DNA of 64,000 nt. Source: Isurus oxyrinchus. Its lineage: Eukaryota. The notes under the pieces were generated by a model. The model was not told the DNA's origin. It worked only from the letters and a program-made list of their open reading frames with translations, and ran no database searches. Position numbers and translations under genes: made by a program. The stretch covers positions 85,870,001-85,934,000 of the forward strand of contig JANJGN010000016.1 of NCBI GenBank assembly GCA_026770705.1, given 5' to 3'. Shown here one piece after another: positions 31,301 to 43,258 of this stretch (position 1 is its first letter; every line of letters starts with the position of its first letter).

Positions 31301-34300
31301 CCCCCATCCCCGGCATCACCAACTCCCTCCACCCTCGGCATCACCCACTCCCTCAACCCATGGCATCACCCACCCCCCTAACCACGGCATCACCCAATCC
31401 CTGACTCCCAGCATCACTCAAACCCCCACCCATGGGTCCCTCACCCCCACCCCCGACATCAGCCAATCCCCACCCGCGGCATCACCCAACCCCCACCACC
31501 AGCATCACCCACAATCCCACCTCTGGCATTACCCACACCCCCACACCCGGCATCACCCAGGCCCCCATCCCAGGCACCAACCAACCCCGAAACCCGGCAT
31601 CACTCACCCCCTACCCCAGGCGTCACCCATGCCCACAACCCCAGCATCACACATCCCCTCACCCCCTGCATCACCCACGCCCCCACCCCTGGCATCATCT
31701 ATTCCCCCATCCCCGGCATCACCCACTATCCCAACACCGGCATCACCCGCTCCCCTACCCCAGGCATCAGCCACGCCCATCACCCCGGCATAACCCACCC
31801 CCTCAGCCCCGGCAACAACCCCCACCAACCCCTGATATCAACTATATCCCACCCCCGGCATCACTCAAAACCTCCACCCCCGGCATCACCCACCCCCTCA
31901 ACCCCGGCAACACCCATCACATCACACCTGGCATCACACACACCCCATCCCCGGCAACACCCACTCCCCCACTACTGGCATCACCAACGCACTCCACCCC
32001 CCAGCATCACCCACCCCCTCAACTCCGGCATCAACCATCATGCTACCACCGGCATCACCCACCCCCCCAGCCCCAGCATCACCCATGTCCCCACCCATGG
32101 CATCACCCACCCACCCCCCCCACCTCCTGCAACACCCACCCCCCAACCCATGGCATCACCCAACCCCTAACTCCAGCATCACCCACATCCTCACTCCCGG
32201 CATCAGCCACCCCACAAAACCCCGGCATCACCCACCGCCCCATCCCCTCCATCTCCCATACCCCGACCACCGCCATCACCAACACACCTGCCCCCGGCAT
32301 CACACTCCTCCTCACCCCCTGCATCACCCATGCCCCCACCAATGACATTACTCACCATCCCAACCCCAACACTGGCATCACCCACTGCCCCCACTCCGGG
32401 CATCAGCCACCCCACCACCCCCGGCATCACCAACCCCCCAAGCCCCGTCATCACCCACACCCGGCATCACACACACCCATCACCCCCGGCAACATGAACT
32501 ACCCCCAACCCCGGCTTCACGCAACAACCCACCTCCCCAGCATCACACGCCTCCCCACACCCGGCATCATCCACCCCCCCCACCCCCACCCCCAGCATCA
32601 CCCACCCCTCCAACCGTGCCAACACCCACCCCCGGCATCACCCACCACCCCCACCCCCAGCATCACCCCTAGCATCACCCACCCCCTCACCGCCAGCATC
32701 ACCCACCCCCAGCATCACCCACCACCCCCACCCCCACCTCCAGCATCACCCACCCCCTTACCGCCAGCAACAACCACTCCACCAACCCTGCCATCACCCA
32801 GCCCCAGCATTACCCTCCCCCTACCCCAGACATCACACTCCCTTTAACTCCCGGCATCACCCACCCCCTCACCACTGGCACCAGCCAACCCCCCCCACAC
32901 CCAACTTCACCTATTCCCCCACCCCCAGCATCACCCACTCACCCAACCCCGGCATCACCCAGCACCCCCACTCCCGGTATCACCTCCCACCTCACCCCCA
33001 GCAACACCTATGCTGCCAACAGTGGTATCACCCATACACCCCACTCCGGGCATCACACATCCCACTAACCCGCCATCACCCACCAACCCCACTCCCAGCA
33101 ACACCCAAACCGCCAACAATGGCAGCACCCACTGCTGGCATCACCCACACCACCACCCCCGTCATCACCCACAAACCCCAATCCAACTCCTGGCATCACC
33201 CACAACCCCTACCCCGGCATCACCATCCCCACACGCCCAGCATCACCCACTCCCCCACCCTCGGTATCTCCCAGCCCTTCACCTCCGGCATTACCCACTC
33301 CCACACCCCCAGGGTCACCCAACCCCCCACCCATGGGTCCCTCACCCCCACCCCCGGCATCAGCCAAACCCCACGCGTGGCGTCACCCAACCACCACCAC
33401 CGGCATCACCCACACCCCCAGCTCTGGTATTACCCACTTCTGCACCCCTGGCATAACACAGGCCCCCTGCCCTGGCATCACCCACACCCCCAGCTCTGGC
33501 ATTTCACACTCCCCCACACCCGGCATCACCTAGGCCCCCATCCTAGGCATCAACCAACCCCCACCCTCGGCATCGCCCAACCCCTACCCCAGGCATCACT
33601 CACGCCCACAATCCTGGCATCACACACCCCCTCACGCCTGGCATCACCCTCCACAACACCCCCGACATCACCTATTGCCCCTCCCCCGGCATCAACAACC
33701 TCCTCCACCCCCGGCATCACCCACCCCCCCCCCCCCACCCATGGCATCACCCACTCGCCCCTATCCCCTGCAACGCCCACACCCCACCCATGGCATCACC
33801 CACCACACCATCCCCTGCATCACACACATCCCCACCACCGGCAACACCCACCCCCCCCACCCACGGCATCACGCACAACCCCCCCCAGCATCACCCACAC
33901 CCTCACCCACGGCATCCCCCACCACCGCATCCAACCCATCACCCACCCATGGCATCACCCAACCCTCCCATCCCCGGCAGCACCCACCTCCATACACCCG
34001 GCATCATCCACACCACCCCCCCACCCGCACCTCCGTCATTACCCAGTCCCTCCACCCCAGCATCAACCAACCCCCCACCCATGTGTCCCTCACCTCCACC
34101 CCCAGCATCAGCCAACCCCCACCCGCGGCATCACCCACCACCCCACTCCCAGCATCAGCCAACCCCCACCCGCGGCATCACCCACCACTCCACTCCCAGC
34201 ATCAGCCAACCCCCACCCACGGCATCACCCAACCCCCACCACCAGCATCACCCACACTCCCACCTCTGGTATTACGCACTCCCCCACCCCCAGCATCACC

Positions 34301-37300
34301 AAGGCCCCCATCCCAGGCATCAACCAACCCCCTACTCTCGGCATCATCCACCCCCTATTCCAGGCGTCACCCACGCCCACAACCCCGGCATCACAAAACC
34401 CCTTACGCCCAGCATCATCCACCCCACCACCCCCGACATCACCTATTCCCCCACCCCCTGCATCATCCACCCCCTCCACACCCGGCATCACCCACCCCCT
34501 CAACCCCGGCACCACCCATCACATCACCCCCGGTATGACCCACCCCTCCGTCCACTCTCGGCATCACTCAGCCCCACACCCCTGGCATCACCCACACCCC
34601 TCACCCCCAGCATCACCCACAACACCTCACCCCCACTCCCTGCATCACCCTCACCCCCTAACACGGCATCACCACACCCTCATGCATGGCATCACCCACT
34701 CATCGACCTAAGCATCACCCAGCCCTCCCACTTCTGGCATTACCCACTCCCTCAACCCCAGCATCACCCAAAGCCCCACTCAAAGGTCACTCACCCCCCA
34801 CCCACGGCATCACCCACACCCCACACCCGGCATCACCCAGGCCCCTATCCCAGGCATCAACCACGCTCACAACCCCGGCATCACACACTCCCTCACGCCC
34901 GGCATCACCCACCCCCCCCCACCCTCGGCATCACCTATTCACCACCCCTGGCATCACCCACCATCCCACACCCGGCATCACCCACCACCCTACCCCAGGC
35001 ATCATCCATGCCCTTCACCCCGGCATCACCAACCTCCTCAACCCCAGCATCACCCATCATGTCACCCCCGGCATCACCCACCCCAACCTCCGGCATCACC
35101 CACTCCAGCACTCTCGGCATCACCCAGCACTCCCACTCATGGTATCACCTGCCCCCTCATCCCCAGCAACACCCAACGCCCAACACGGGCATTACCCACA
35201 CCCCCCACTCCCAGCATCACCCACACCCCATACCCCGGCATCACCCAGCCACCCACACTCCGGCATTACCCACTCCCTCAACCCAGCATCACCCAATCCC
35301 CCACCCATGGGTCCCTCAGCCCCCACCCCCGGTATCACCCAACCCCCCCCCACCCCCCAGCACCCCCTATTCCCCCACCCCCGGTATCACATGCCCCCTC
35401 ACCCCCAGCAACACCCACACCCCCAGCACGGGCATTACCCTCAACCACCACTCCCGGCATCATCGACCCCACCAACCCTGGCATCACCCACCAGCCCCAC
35501 CCCCAGCAACACCCACACCGCCAACACTGGCATCACACGCTCCCGGCAACACCCAACACCACCAGCCCCGGCATCACCCACACCCCCACCTCTGGCATTT
35601 CGCATTCCCCCACCCCCGGCATCACCTAGGCCCCCATCCTAGGCATCAACCAACCCCCACCCTCAGCATCGCCCAACCCTACCCCAGGCGTCACTCACGC
35701 CCACAACCCCGGCATCACACACCCCCTCACACCTGGCATCACCCATCCCAACACCCCCAACATCACCTATTCCCCCAACCCTGGCATCACCAACTTCCTC
35801 CACCCCCAGCATTACCCACTGCCCCACCCATGGCATCACCAACCACCCCAACCCCTGCATCACCCACACCCCCACCACCGGCATCACCCAGCCCCCCACC
35901 CCCGGCATCAATCAACCCCCAACCCTAGCATCACCCACCCCCCCATCCATGGTATCACCCACCCCCCCATCCATGGCATCACCCACCCCTCCCATCCCCG
36001 GCATCATCCACACCCCCCCCACCCGCACCACCATCCACCCAACCCATCCCCGGAATCAACCACCCGCCCCAAACCCAGCACCACGCAGGCCCCAGCCCTG
36101 GCATCACCCACCGCAGGCTTTACCCACCCCACTTTGGGCATCAAGTGGCACCACACCCACGGCAACATCCGCACCCCCACCCCCGGCATCACTCACACCC
36201 TCACCCCCAGCACCACCCTCACCCCCTCCACACTCGACATCACCTATTCCCCCTCCCCCCCCATCCCAAGCATCACCCACCCCCCCCAACCATGGCATCA
36301 CCCACACCCCCAACCTCTGCATCATCCACATGCCCACCACCGGCATCACCCAACTCCCCCACCCATGGCCTCACCCACGCCCCCACCTCGGGCATCAACC
36401 ACCCCCTCACACCTGGCATCACCCAAATCTCAACCATGGCATCACCCACCCCTCCCATAGCCGGCAAAGACTATCACGCCAGCCCAGGCATCACCCACCC
36501 CCTCAACCCAGGCATCACCCACCCCCCCACCCATGGCATCGACCATCCCTCCCACCCCTGACAACCCTCAACCCCCATCCCCGGCATTCTCCTCCCCCCT
36601 CTACCCCCGGCATCACCCACCAGCCCATCCCCCAGCTGCATCCACACCCCCAGCACTGGCATCACCCACCCCAACACCCCTGATATCACCCACAAACCCC
36701 ACCCCCACCCCCGGCATCATCCGCGCCCCCACGCCCGGCATCACCCAAGCCCCCCACCCCCCGGCATCCCCTATTCCCCCACCCCCGGTATCACCTGCCC
36801 CCTCACCCCCAGCAACACCCACACACCCAACATGGGCATTACCCTCACCCACCACTCCCGGCATCATCCACCCCACCACCCCCGGCATCTCCCAGCACAC
36901 CCACCCCCAGTCACACCGCACACTGCCAACACTGGCATCACCCACAACCCCCACCCACACTCCGGCATCACCCTCACCCCCTACCCCGGCATCACCACCC
37001 TGTCACGCCCGGCATCACACACTCCCCCATCCCCGGCTTCTCCCAGCCCCCCACCATCCGGCATTACCCACTCCCTCAACCCAGCATCACCCAATCCCCC
37101 ACCCATGGGTCCCTCACCCTCCAGCCCTGGCACCACCCAACCCCCAGCTCTGGCATTTCTCACTCTCCCACCCCGGCATCACCCAGGCCCCCATTCCAGG
37201 CATCAACCAACCCCCACCCTCAGCATCACACACACCCTCACGCTCGGCATCACCCACCCCACCACCCAGAACATCACACATTTCTCCACCCCCTGCATCA

Positions 37301-37935
37301 CCCACCATCCCTACCCCAGGCATCATCCACACCCTTCACCCCGGCATCACCCAGCCCCCCACCCCCGGCATCACTCAAGCCCCCACTTCCGGCATCAACC
37401 ACCCTCTCAACCCCGGGCATCACCCACCCCCATACGCCCCAACATCCACCCCCTCATCCACGGATTCAACTAACCCCCCACACCCGGCATTACGCAGCCC
37501 ATAACCCTGGCATCACCCATCCCAGGCATTACCCACCCACCCCCCCCACCCTCAGCATCACCTGGCATCAACCATGCCCCCACACCTGGCATCAACCATT
37601 ATGCTACACCCGGCATTACCCACCGCCTCATCCCCGGCATCACCCACCCCCCCACCCCGGCATCACCCAACCCCCACCACCGGCATCATGCACACCCCCA
37701 CATCTGGCATTACCCTCTCCCCCCACCCCCGGCATCACCCAGCACCTCAACCCCAGCATCACCCATCACGCTACCCCCGGCATCATTCACCCCTCCACCC
37801 CGCAGCATCACCCACACCCCCAACCTCCAACATCGCCCACCCCCCCCCACCCCCGGCATCACCCACGCCCCCACCCCCGGCATCACCCTCCACCTCCACC
37901 CACGGCATCACCCACCCCCACCCCTCCACCCCCTA
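1335..37935. repeat. 36.6-kb diverged satellite, core CCCGGCATCACCCA plus C/A-rich spacer, modal unit ~24 bp; C-rich + strand, G-rich - strand
   Basis: GGCATCACC/GGCATTACC recurs every ~20-30 bp throughout. Translations cycle among PGITHPPT, PASPTPP and PRHHPPP frames. Confidence 0.97.
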
Positions 37936-38402
37936 CAACACTCAAGAAGCTTGACACAATCCAGGACAAAACAGCCCACTTGATTGGCACCACATCCACA
38001 AACATTCACTCCCTCCACTACCGACACACAGTGGCAGCAGTGTGTACCATCTACACGATGCAATGCGGAAACACGCCAAGTCTCCTTAGACAGCACCTTC
38101 CAAACCCACGACTACCGATATCTAGAAGGACAAGGGCAGCAGGTAGGTGGGAAAACCACGACATGGAAGTTCCCCTACAAGACACTCACCATCCTGATTT
38201 GGAAATATATCGTTGTTCCTTCACTGTCTGTGGGTCAAAATCCTAGAACTCCCTCCCTAACAGCACTGTGGGTGTACCTACACCACGTGGACAGCATGAT
38301 TCAAGAAGGCAGCTCACCACCACATTCTCAAGGGCAATTAGGAATGGGCAATAGATGCTGACCTAGTCAGCGACACCCACAAGCCATAAATGAATAAAAA
38401 AT
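37936..38402 (+). mobile_element. 3' end of a LINE (CR1/L2 group): ORF2 C-terminus plus 3' tail
   Basis: Starts with TTLKKLDTIQDKTAHLIG (LINE ORF2 C-terminal-like) and ends in AATGAATAAAAA. Confidence 0.7.
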
Positions 38403-38409
38403 AAATAGA

Positions 38410-38735
38410 CTTGTTGACGACAGAAATATTGCTTGGAAAGTAAGTTGTCAAGAGGACAGAATGGGCCAATAAAGGGATTTAGATCGGTTAAGCGAGTGGG
38501 GAAATATTTGGCAGGTGGGGAATAATGTGGGAGAATGTGTATTGTCCGCTTGGTAGGAAGAATAGAAAAGCAGTAAATTATTTGAATGGAACGAGGCTGC
38601 AGAACTCTGCGATCCAGAGGGATCTGGGTGTCCTGGTGCATGAATCACAAAAAGTCGGTTTGCAGATGCAGCAAGTGATTCGGAAGGTAGATGGAATGTT
38701 GGTGGTTATTGCAACAGGATCGAGTGTAAAAGTAG
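38410..38735 (+). mobile_element. CR1 LINE RT fragment
   Basis: GRKNRKAVNYLNGTRLQ..QRDLGVLVHESQKV..QQVIRK..GML is typical of the CR1 RT 3' half. Confidence 0.9.
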
Positions 38736-38890
38736 CACAGGGCCTGAGAGCACATCTCCTGGACTGGCTACAGTTTGCACTCCTGACTTAATTGTGGTTG
38801 TGATGATTTAATCCCAGCAACTTCCAGTTTCTTTTCTGTTTTTAATCTTGTAAATTCAAGAGATTCAGGATAAAACTGATCATTTTAAAA

Positions 38891-39016
38891 TGATTGATAC
38901 TTGGCTTTGAATCAAATCTGCTGCAGATGTGTCATTGATTGACAGTCCAACCAGCCAATCAGGACAATCACTTGCTGAAATGCAGCCAATCAGCTGATGG
39001 GGAGGTGGGACTTTCC
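38891..39016. promoter_or_regulatory. Candidate Ig kappa 3' enhancer or promoter-like element
   Basis: Unique sequence containing TGATTGAT 38891-38898, CAGATG 38924-38929, TGATTGACAG 38936-38945, AGCCAATCAG 38953-38962 and 38984-38993, CAGCTG 38991-38996 and GGGACTTTCC 39007-39016. Confidence 0.55.
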
Positions 39017-39148
39017 AAAGCACTCACCAGACAGAGACTGAATATTCTTAATGTTTATTACCTTTTACACATTGACATTTACAGAAAAAAGACTTGAATA
39101 AACAGCCCAGCCAGAGGAAGCTGGAGAAATTCACAGGGAGAATGGAGG

Positions 39149-39154
39149 TTTATT
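39149..39154 (-). terminator. Candidate distal polyadenylation signal of the light-chain transcript
   Basis: AATAAA on - strand followed by U/GU-rich sequence; another AATAAA at 39054-39059. Confidence 0.45.
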
Positions 39155-39356
39155 AAAACGCTTGTGGAGATTTTCTCCAGAACATGAGAATCCTGTCCCT
39201 TTAAACAGTGACTAAACCTTAAATTGTAACTGCAGGGTGAGCAGGAAGGGGTCTGGTTTACTGAAGCAGACACTTCGGAGGGTCACATTATTTTTGTACA
39301 GCTGACAGTCTTCAGCATCTTAGAGAGGTTTTACTTAGCATCACGAGATTAAACTG

Positions 39357-39704
39357 ACCCATCAAACACTCCCAGGACAGGTGCTGCAGGGGGCTAGATA
39401 CAGAGTAAAGGTCCCTCTACACTGTCCCCATCAAACACTCCCAGGGCAGGTACAGCACGGGGTTAGATACAGAGTAACGCTCCCTCTACACTGTCCCCAT
39501 CAAACACTCCCAGGACAGGTACAACACGGGGTTAGATACAGAGTAACGCTCCCTCTACACTGTCCCCATCAAACACTCCCAGGACAGGTACAACACGGGG
39601 TTAGATACAGAGTAAAGCTCCCTCTACACTGTCCCCAACAAACACTCCCAGCACAGGTACAGAACGGGGTTAGATACAGAGTAAAGCTCCCTCTACACTG
39701 TCCC
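39357..39704. repeat. 69-bp minisatellite (CCCCATCAAACACTCCCAGGACAGGTACAGCACGGGGTTAGATACAGAGTAAAGCTCCCTCTACACTGT), 5 copies
   Basis: Tandem units; 23-aa periodicity in ORF 39381..39719. Confidence 0.95.
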
Positions 39705-39817
39705 AATAACGTGCGTTAACCCCTGACCCTCAAAAGTATCTCAGAGCCAGTCCTGAGAAGGAAGAGAGTTGTAATTTGGTGCTGACAATGACCTTTGCCC
39801 TCCCAGCTCACCCCTGT

Positions 39818-39823
39818 TTTATT
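39818..39823 (-). terminator. Candidate proximal polyadenylation signal
   Basis: AATAAA on - strand ~38 nt after the C stop codon; weak downstream element. Confidence 0.35.
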
Positions 39824-39860
39824 TAAAGTTGTATCTCCTCTGTGGACTATCTCTAACACT

Positions 39861-40189
39861 CTACGCACATTCTGATCTCCTGATGCTCTTGCTGAGGGGA
39901 GAGGAAAGACTCTCGTGGGTGACGACACAGGAGAAGCTGGCGTTGGACTCCCAGCCGGAGCCAGAGAGGGTCAGCAGGCTGCTGACGCTGTAGGTGCTGT
40001 CTGAAGCTCGCAGGTAGTTGCTGGTCTGAACCCCGTCCGAAATGGCTGCACCGTCCTTCTTCCACTCCACCTTCACCTCATCGGGATAGAAGTGATTGGC
40101 AAGGCACACCAGGGTGGCAGTGCCCTTGGTCTTGACCTCCTCTGGGGAGGGGGGCAGCAGGGTCACTGTGGGTGGTGACTTCTCTCTGC
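39861..40189 (-). CDS. IGKC: Ig light chain constant exon, kappa class (shark type III/NS4-like)
   Basis: Acceptor TTCTCTTTCAG|GC; (S)REKSPPTVTLLPPSPEEVKTKGTATLVCLANHFYPDEVKVEWKKDG...TYSVSSLLTLS...FSCVVTHESLSSPLSKSIRRSECA*. C1-set Cys/Trp/Cys intact; penultimate interchain Cys present. Confidence 0.97.
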
Positions 40190-40384
40190 CTGAAAGAGAA
40201 GAGAAGCAAGTTTAATCACTGTCATTATAATGTATTTCAACTTCCCGAATATTAACTGGGATGAAATCTGTGTAAATGTATAGATGATGTCAAATTCTTA
40301 TAATCCATCCAGGTGATTTTTTTTCGGCAGAACATAACAAACTCAGCAAGAGAAGGGACAGTTTTGGACAATTTCAGGGAATGA

Positions 40385-40690
40385 ATCTGGCCAGGTGGAA
40401 GGTGTATCAGTGGGAGAGTATTTGGGTAATAGTGATCATAATTCAGTTAGATTTAGAGCTGTTATGGAAAAGGATAAAGATAGACCAAGTGTAAAATTTG
40501 TACATTAGGGAAAGGCCATTTTGCCAAAATGGACAGGAAACAGAAACCTGAAGATAAATCAGTGTCAGAGCAATGGGAAACATTCAGGAAAGATATAAAA
40601 TGGGCTCAGAACAAATATCTTCACACAAAGAAATAGCGTGGGACATTGCAAGAGGATAACTAAAGATTGAGTAAGGCCAATTGGAGACCA
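40385..40690 (+). mobile_element. Decayed CR1 fragment (end of endonuclease domain) in J-C intron
   Basis: QVEGVSVGEYLGNSDHNSVRFRAVMEKDK, the SDH motif of APE endonucleases. Confidence 0.75.
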
Positions 40691-40859
40691 AAAAAGCAGA
40701 TCTCTGTCACTCACTCTCTGTCACTCTTCCTGACTCCCCCTGTATCTCTTTCTCACCCACTCTCTCTCTCTGTATCTCTGTCACTCTCTCTCTCTGTATC
40801 TCTGTCACACTCTCCCTCTCTCTCCCTCCCTCTCCCCCTCTTTCCCTCCTTCTCTCTCC

Positions 40860-41009
40860 NNNNNNNNNNNNNNNNNNNNNNNNNNNNNNNNNNNNNNNNN
40901 NNNNNNNNNNNNNNNNNNNNNNNNNNNNNNNNNNNNNNNNNNNNNNNNNNNNNNNNNNNNNNNNNNNNNNNNNNNNNNNNNNNNNNNNNNNNNNNNNNNN
41001 NNNNNNNNN
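40860..41009. other. Assembly gap (150 N) following a CT-rich simple repeat (~40700-40859)
   Basis: Run of N. Confidence 1.
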
Positions 41010-41039
41010 ATTGGGGGGAGGGGGTGGGGCTGGAAGCAC

Positions 41040-41605
41040 ATAGATGGTTCTGAATGAATAATTTACATCTGTTTTCACACAAGAGAGGGACAACGCGGAC
41101 ATTCTAGTTGAGGAGGAGCAGAATTGTGAAATATTGGATGGGATAAACATCGTGAGAGAGGAGATATTAATGTGTTCAGCATCTTGGAAAGTGGATAAAT
41201 CCCCAGACCCGGATGAATTGTATCCCAGGCAAGAAAGGAAACAAGGGAAGAAATAGCAGAGGCTCTGACCATTATTTCCCAATCCTCTCTGGATAGGGGT
41301 GTGGTGTCAGAGGGCTGGAGGACTGATAATGTTGTTTAAAAAGGGAGGAAGGGATAGACTGAGAAATTACAGACCAGTCACTCTAACCTCAGTGGTGGGC
41401 AAATGTCAGAAATCTTTCTAAGAGAAATTCTCATCATCATGAGGAGGTAACAAGAAGGGTTGACAACGATAGCGAGTTTGATGTAATCGATGTGGATTTT
41501 AGCAAGACTTCTGACATGGACAGACTGGTCAGAAAGTTAAAACTCATTGGATCCCAGCGAAAGGAGCAAGTTGTGTTTCAAATTGGTTGAGTGGCAGGAG
41601 GTAAA
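41040..41605 (+). mobile_element. Decayed CR1 ORF2 fragment in J-C intron
   Basis: LKVDKSPDPDELYPR, NYRPVTLTSVVGK and DVIDVDFSKTSD remnants. Confidence 0.85.
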
Positions 41606-42074
41606 GGTTTGATGTTAAGCTGGTTAAATCATATTGGGCTGTTACTTAGACATTTGTAAAGAGGGTTACCACAAATTCAGCACTGAAATGGTTAATAGTA
41701 AGAGTGTTTAAAGACTCAGTGTCCCTCTAAGACACTGTTAAGCTGTCAGGAAGCTCTGACTATTGATCAGCCTGTCCGGGGGAAACAGGTTCACATTAAC
41801 AATCCTCAGATCACACACACATCGAGAGAACTTTATCCCAGAATGTTGGAGCAGACTTGGATCAACCCACTTCAGAAAGGATTCAGATTGGGTCTCGGTA
41901 TAGAAGGTTCTAGATTTCATTTCAAACCTTGCTGCCCAGCACTGGAGAGAGGTCAAGGGTGAGGTTACAATTAGTCTCAGAGTCTGGGGGCAGACAAGGT
42001 CACGACTCCGAATGACCCCATGAACCATGGAAAGTGAGAGTGCGAGGGTCAGGATTAGGAACCTTCAGTCTCAA

Positions 42075-42450
42075 TACTTGCATTTCTATAGCACCAGTCA
42101 TCATCTCAGGATTTTTACAGCTAACTGTACACAGTAAGATCCCAGTCAGTAGAGTGATGATGGCCAGAAAGTCAGGTTTTTTTGTGATGTTGTTTGCGTG
42201 ATAAATACTAAACAGAAAATGCGCAAGAACTCCCCTGCTCTTCTTCTCACAGCGCCATGGGAACTTTTACATCCCCCTGAGAGGGCAGACCTCAGTTTGT
42301 CTCATCTGAAAGACGGCTCCTCTGACAGTGCTGCCCTCCCTCAATACCGCACTGGAGTCTCAGCCTGGATTATGTGCTCAAGTCTCTGGAGTGGGATTTC
42401 AACCCACAACATTGTGACTCTGAGGGGAGAGTGCTACCCATTGAGGCACG
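42075..42450 (-). mobile_element. tRNA-headed SINE (shark DeuSINE/SacSINE-like)
   Basis: The - strand starts GTGCCTCAATGGGTAGCACTCTC...GTGGGTTGAAATCCCACTCCAGAGACTTGAGCAC (A/B-box like) and ends in an L2-like tail CTATAGAAATGCAAGT. Confidence 0.7.
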
Positions 42451-43165
42451 GCCCACACCTCACGGTCCAATAGCCTGTCATGTTCACCCTCCCGCCTCAC
42501 AGTTGGAGGAATGAACCCACTTGGGGAGCGTGGAGCTGCTCCCCAGTCAGAGACAGTGTCTTCAGGAGAGAGATGGAGAGCAGATTCCGGGAGGACTGGA
42601 GTCTAGAGGGTGACATTTAAACATTCGGGGGAAACGGAGAGTCTCCCCGAAACCCTGGAACACTGAAGCCACTGGATTGTGGGCCCTGCTCTACCTGTTT
42701 GTCATCAGAAATTTGCCAAGAGATAACCAGGGAGTGGAGAGAGCAGAGTTCAAGCTGGGGGAGGTGGGACCTCGGTGTCTCACTGTGCTGGTGCTGTGAT
42801 CAGTTATATCAGAGACTGTGAGAGGGAGCCGGAGCTCATATCAAACTCTGCCCGTGTCTGTCACACTGAGACTGACAGGAGTCTAGTGAGTGATTTCAGT
42901 CCATGGTGCAGCAATGTCAGCACAGTCTGCAATCGTCCAGATCTCCTCTAGACGGTGGGTAAAAGTTGGTTATTTCTATCTTGCTGCTTAAAGGGGGGAA
43001 TGTAATGAAAGAAATACAGCTGGGCACCCTGTTATACACAGTGTTGTTCACTGAACCATTTCATTCACTGCAGCTCCTCACTAACACCTTCAACTATTCA
43101 GCATTAGTGTTTGAGAAAGTTTCAGTATTGAAAGGGTTAATAAGGGAGGATTGGGGTTTACTTAC

Positions 43166-43200
43166 TCAGTCTGAGTTTGGTTCCTTTACCGAACGTACCC
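43166..43200 (-). CDS. IGKJ: Ig light chain J segment (GTFGKGTKLRL-S)
   Basis: G GGT ACG TTC GGT AAA GGA ACC AAA CTC AGA CTG A|GTAAGT; FGxG motif; phase-1 donor matches the C acceptor. Confidence 0.97.
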
Positions 43201-43239
43201 CACACTGAGAGCTTCCAGTGCAGGGGCTGTACAAAAACC
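43201..43239 (+). other. J recombination signal, 23-bp spacer
   Basis: CACACTG (43201-43207) + 23 nt + ACAAAAACC (43231-43239). Confidence 0.97.
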
Positions 43240-43258
43240 TCAGCTCTCTGCTTCATTC

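Noticed and set aside
1335-37935. CRISPR-like repeat/spacer appearance
   Set aside because: Vertebrate context, a short degenerate core, low-complexity mutually related 'spacers' and no cas genes.
1372-37954. Long Pro/His/Thr-rich ORFs (up to 858 aa) suggesting a mucin or extensin-like gene
   Set aside because: Stops are rare simply because the + strand lacks T. All three frames are open in turn and switch constantly. Duplicated blocks share the same frame switches (1372 vs 12468), so these are not random read errors. No signal peptide or flanking mucin domains were found.
40667-41282. ORFs spanning the N run
   Set aside because: Artefacts of the assembly gap and the CT repeat.
42781-42787. 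Isolated sense-strand CACAGTG in the J-C intron, resembling the mammalian intron RSS used by the kappa-deleting element
   Set aside because: No nonamer and no 23-RSS partner found downstream of C (CACAGTG at 38027-38033 lacks a nonamer and lies in a LINE). One heptamer in 3 kb is plausible by chance.
43037-43043. CACAGTG near J as a possible second J RSS; likewise the heptamer within the C exon (40164-40170)
   Set aside because: No nonamer at 12 or 23 bp and no FGxG coding segment.
43201-43207. Non-consensus J heptamer CACACTG as a sign of inactivation
   Set aside because: The critical CAC, the 23-bp spacer and a perfect nonamer are intact; such variants are tolerated.
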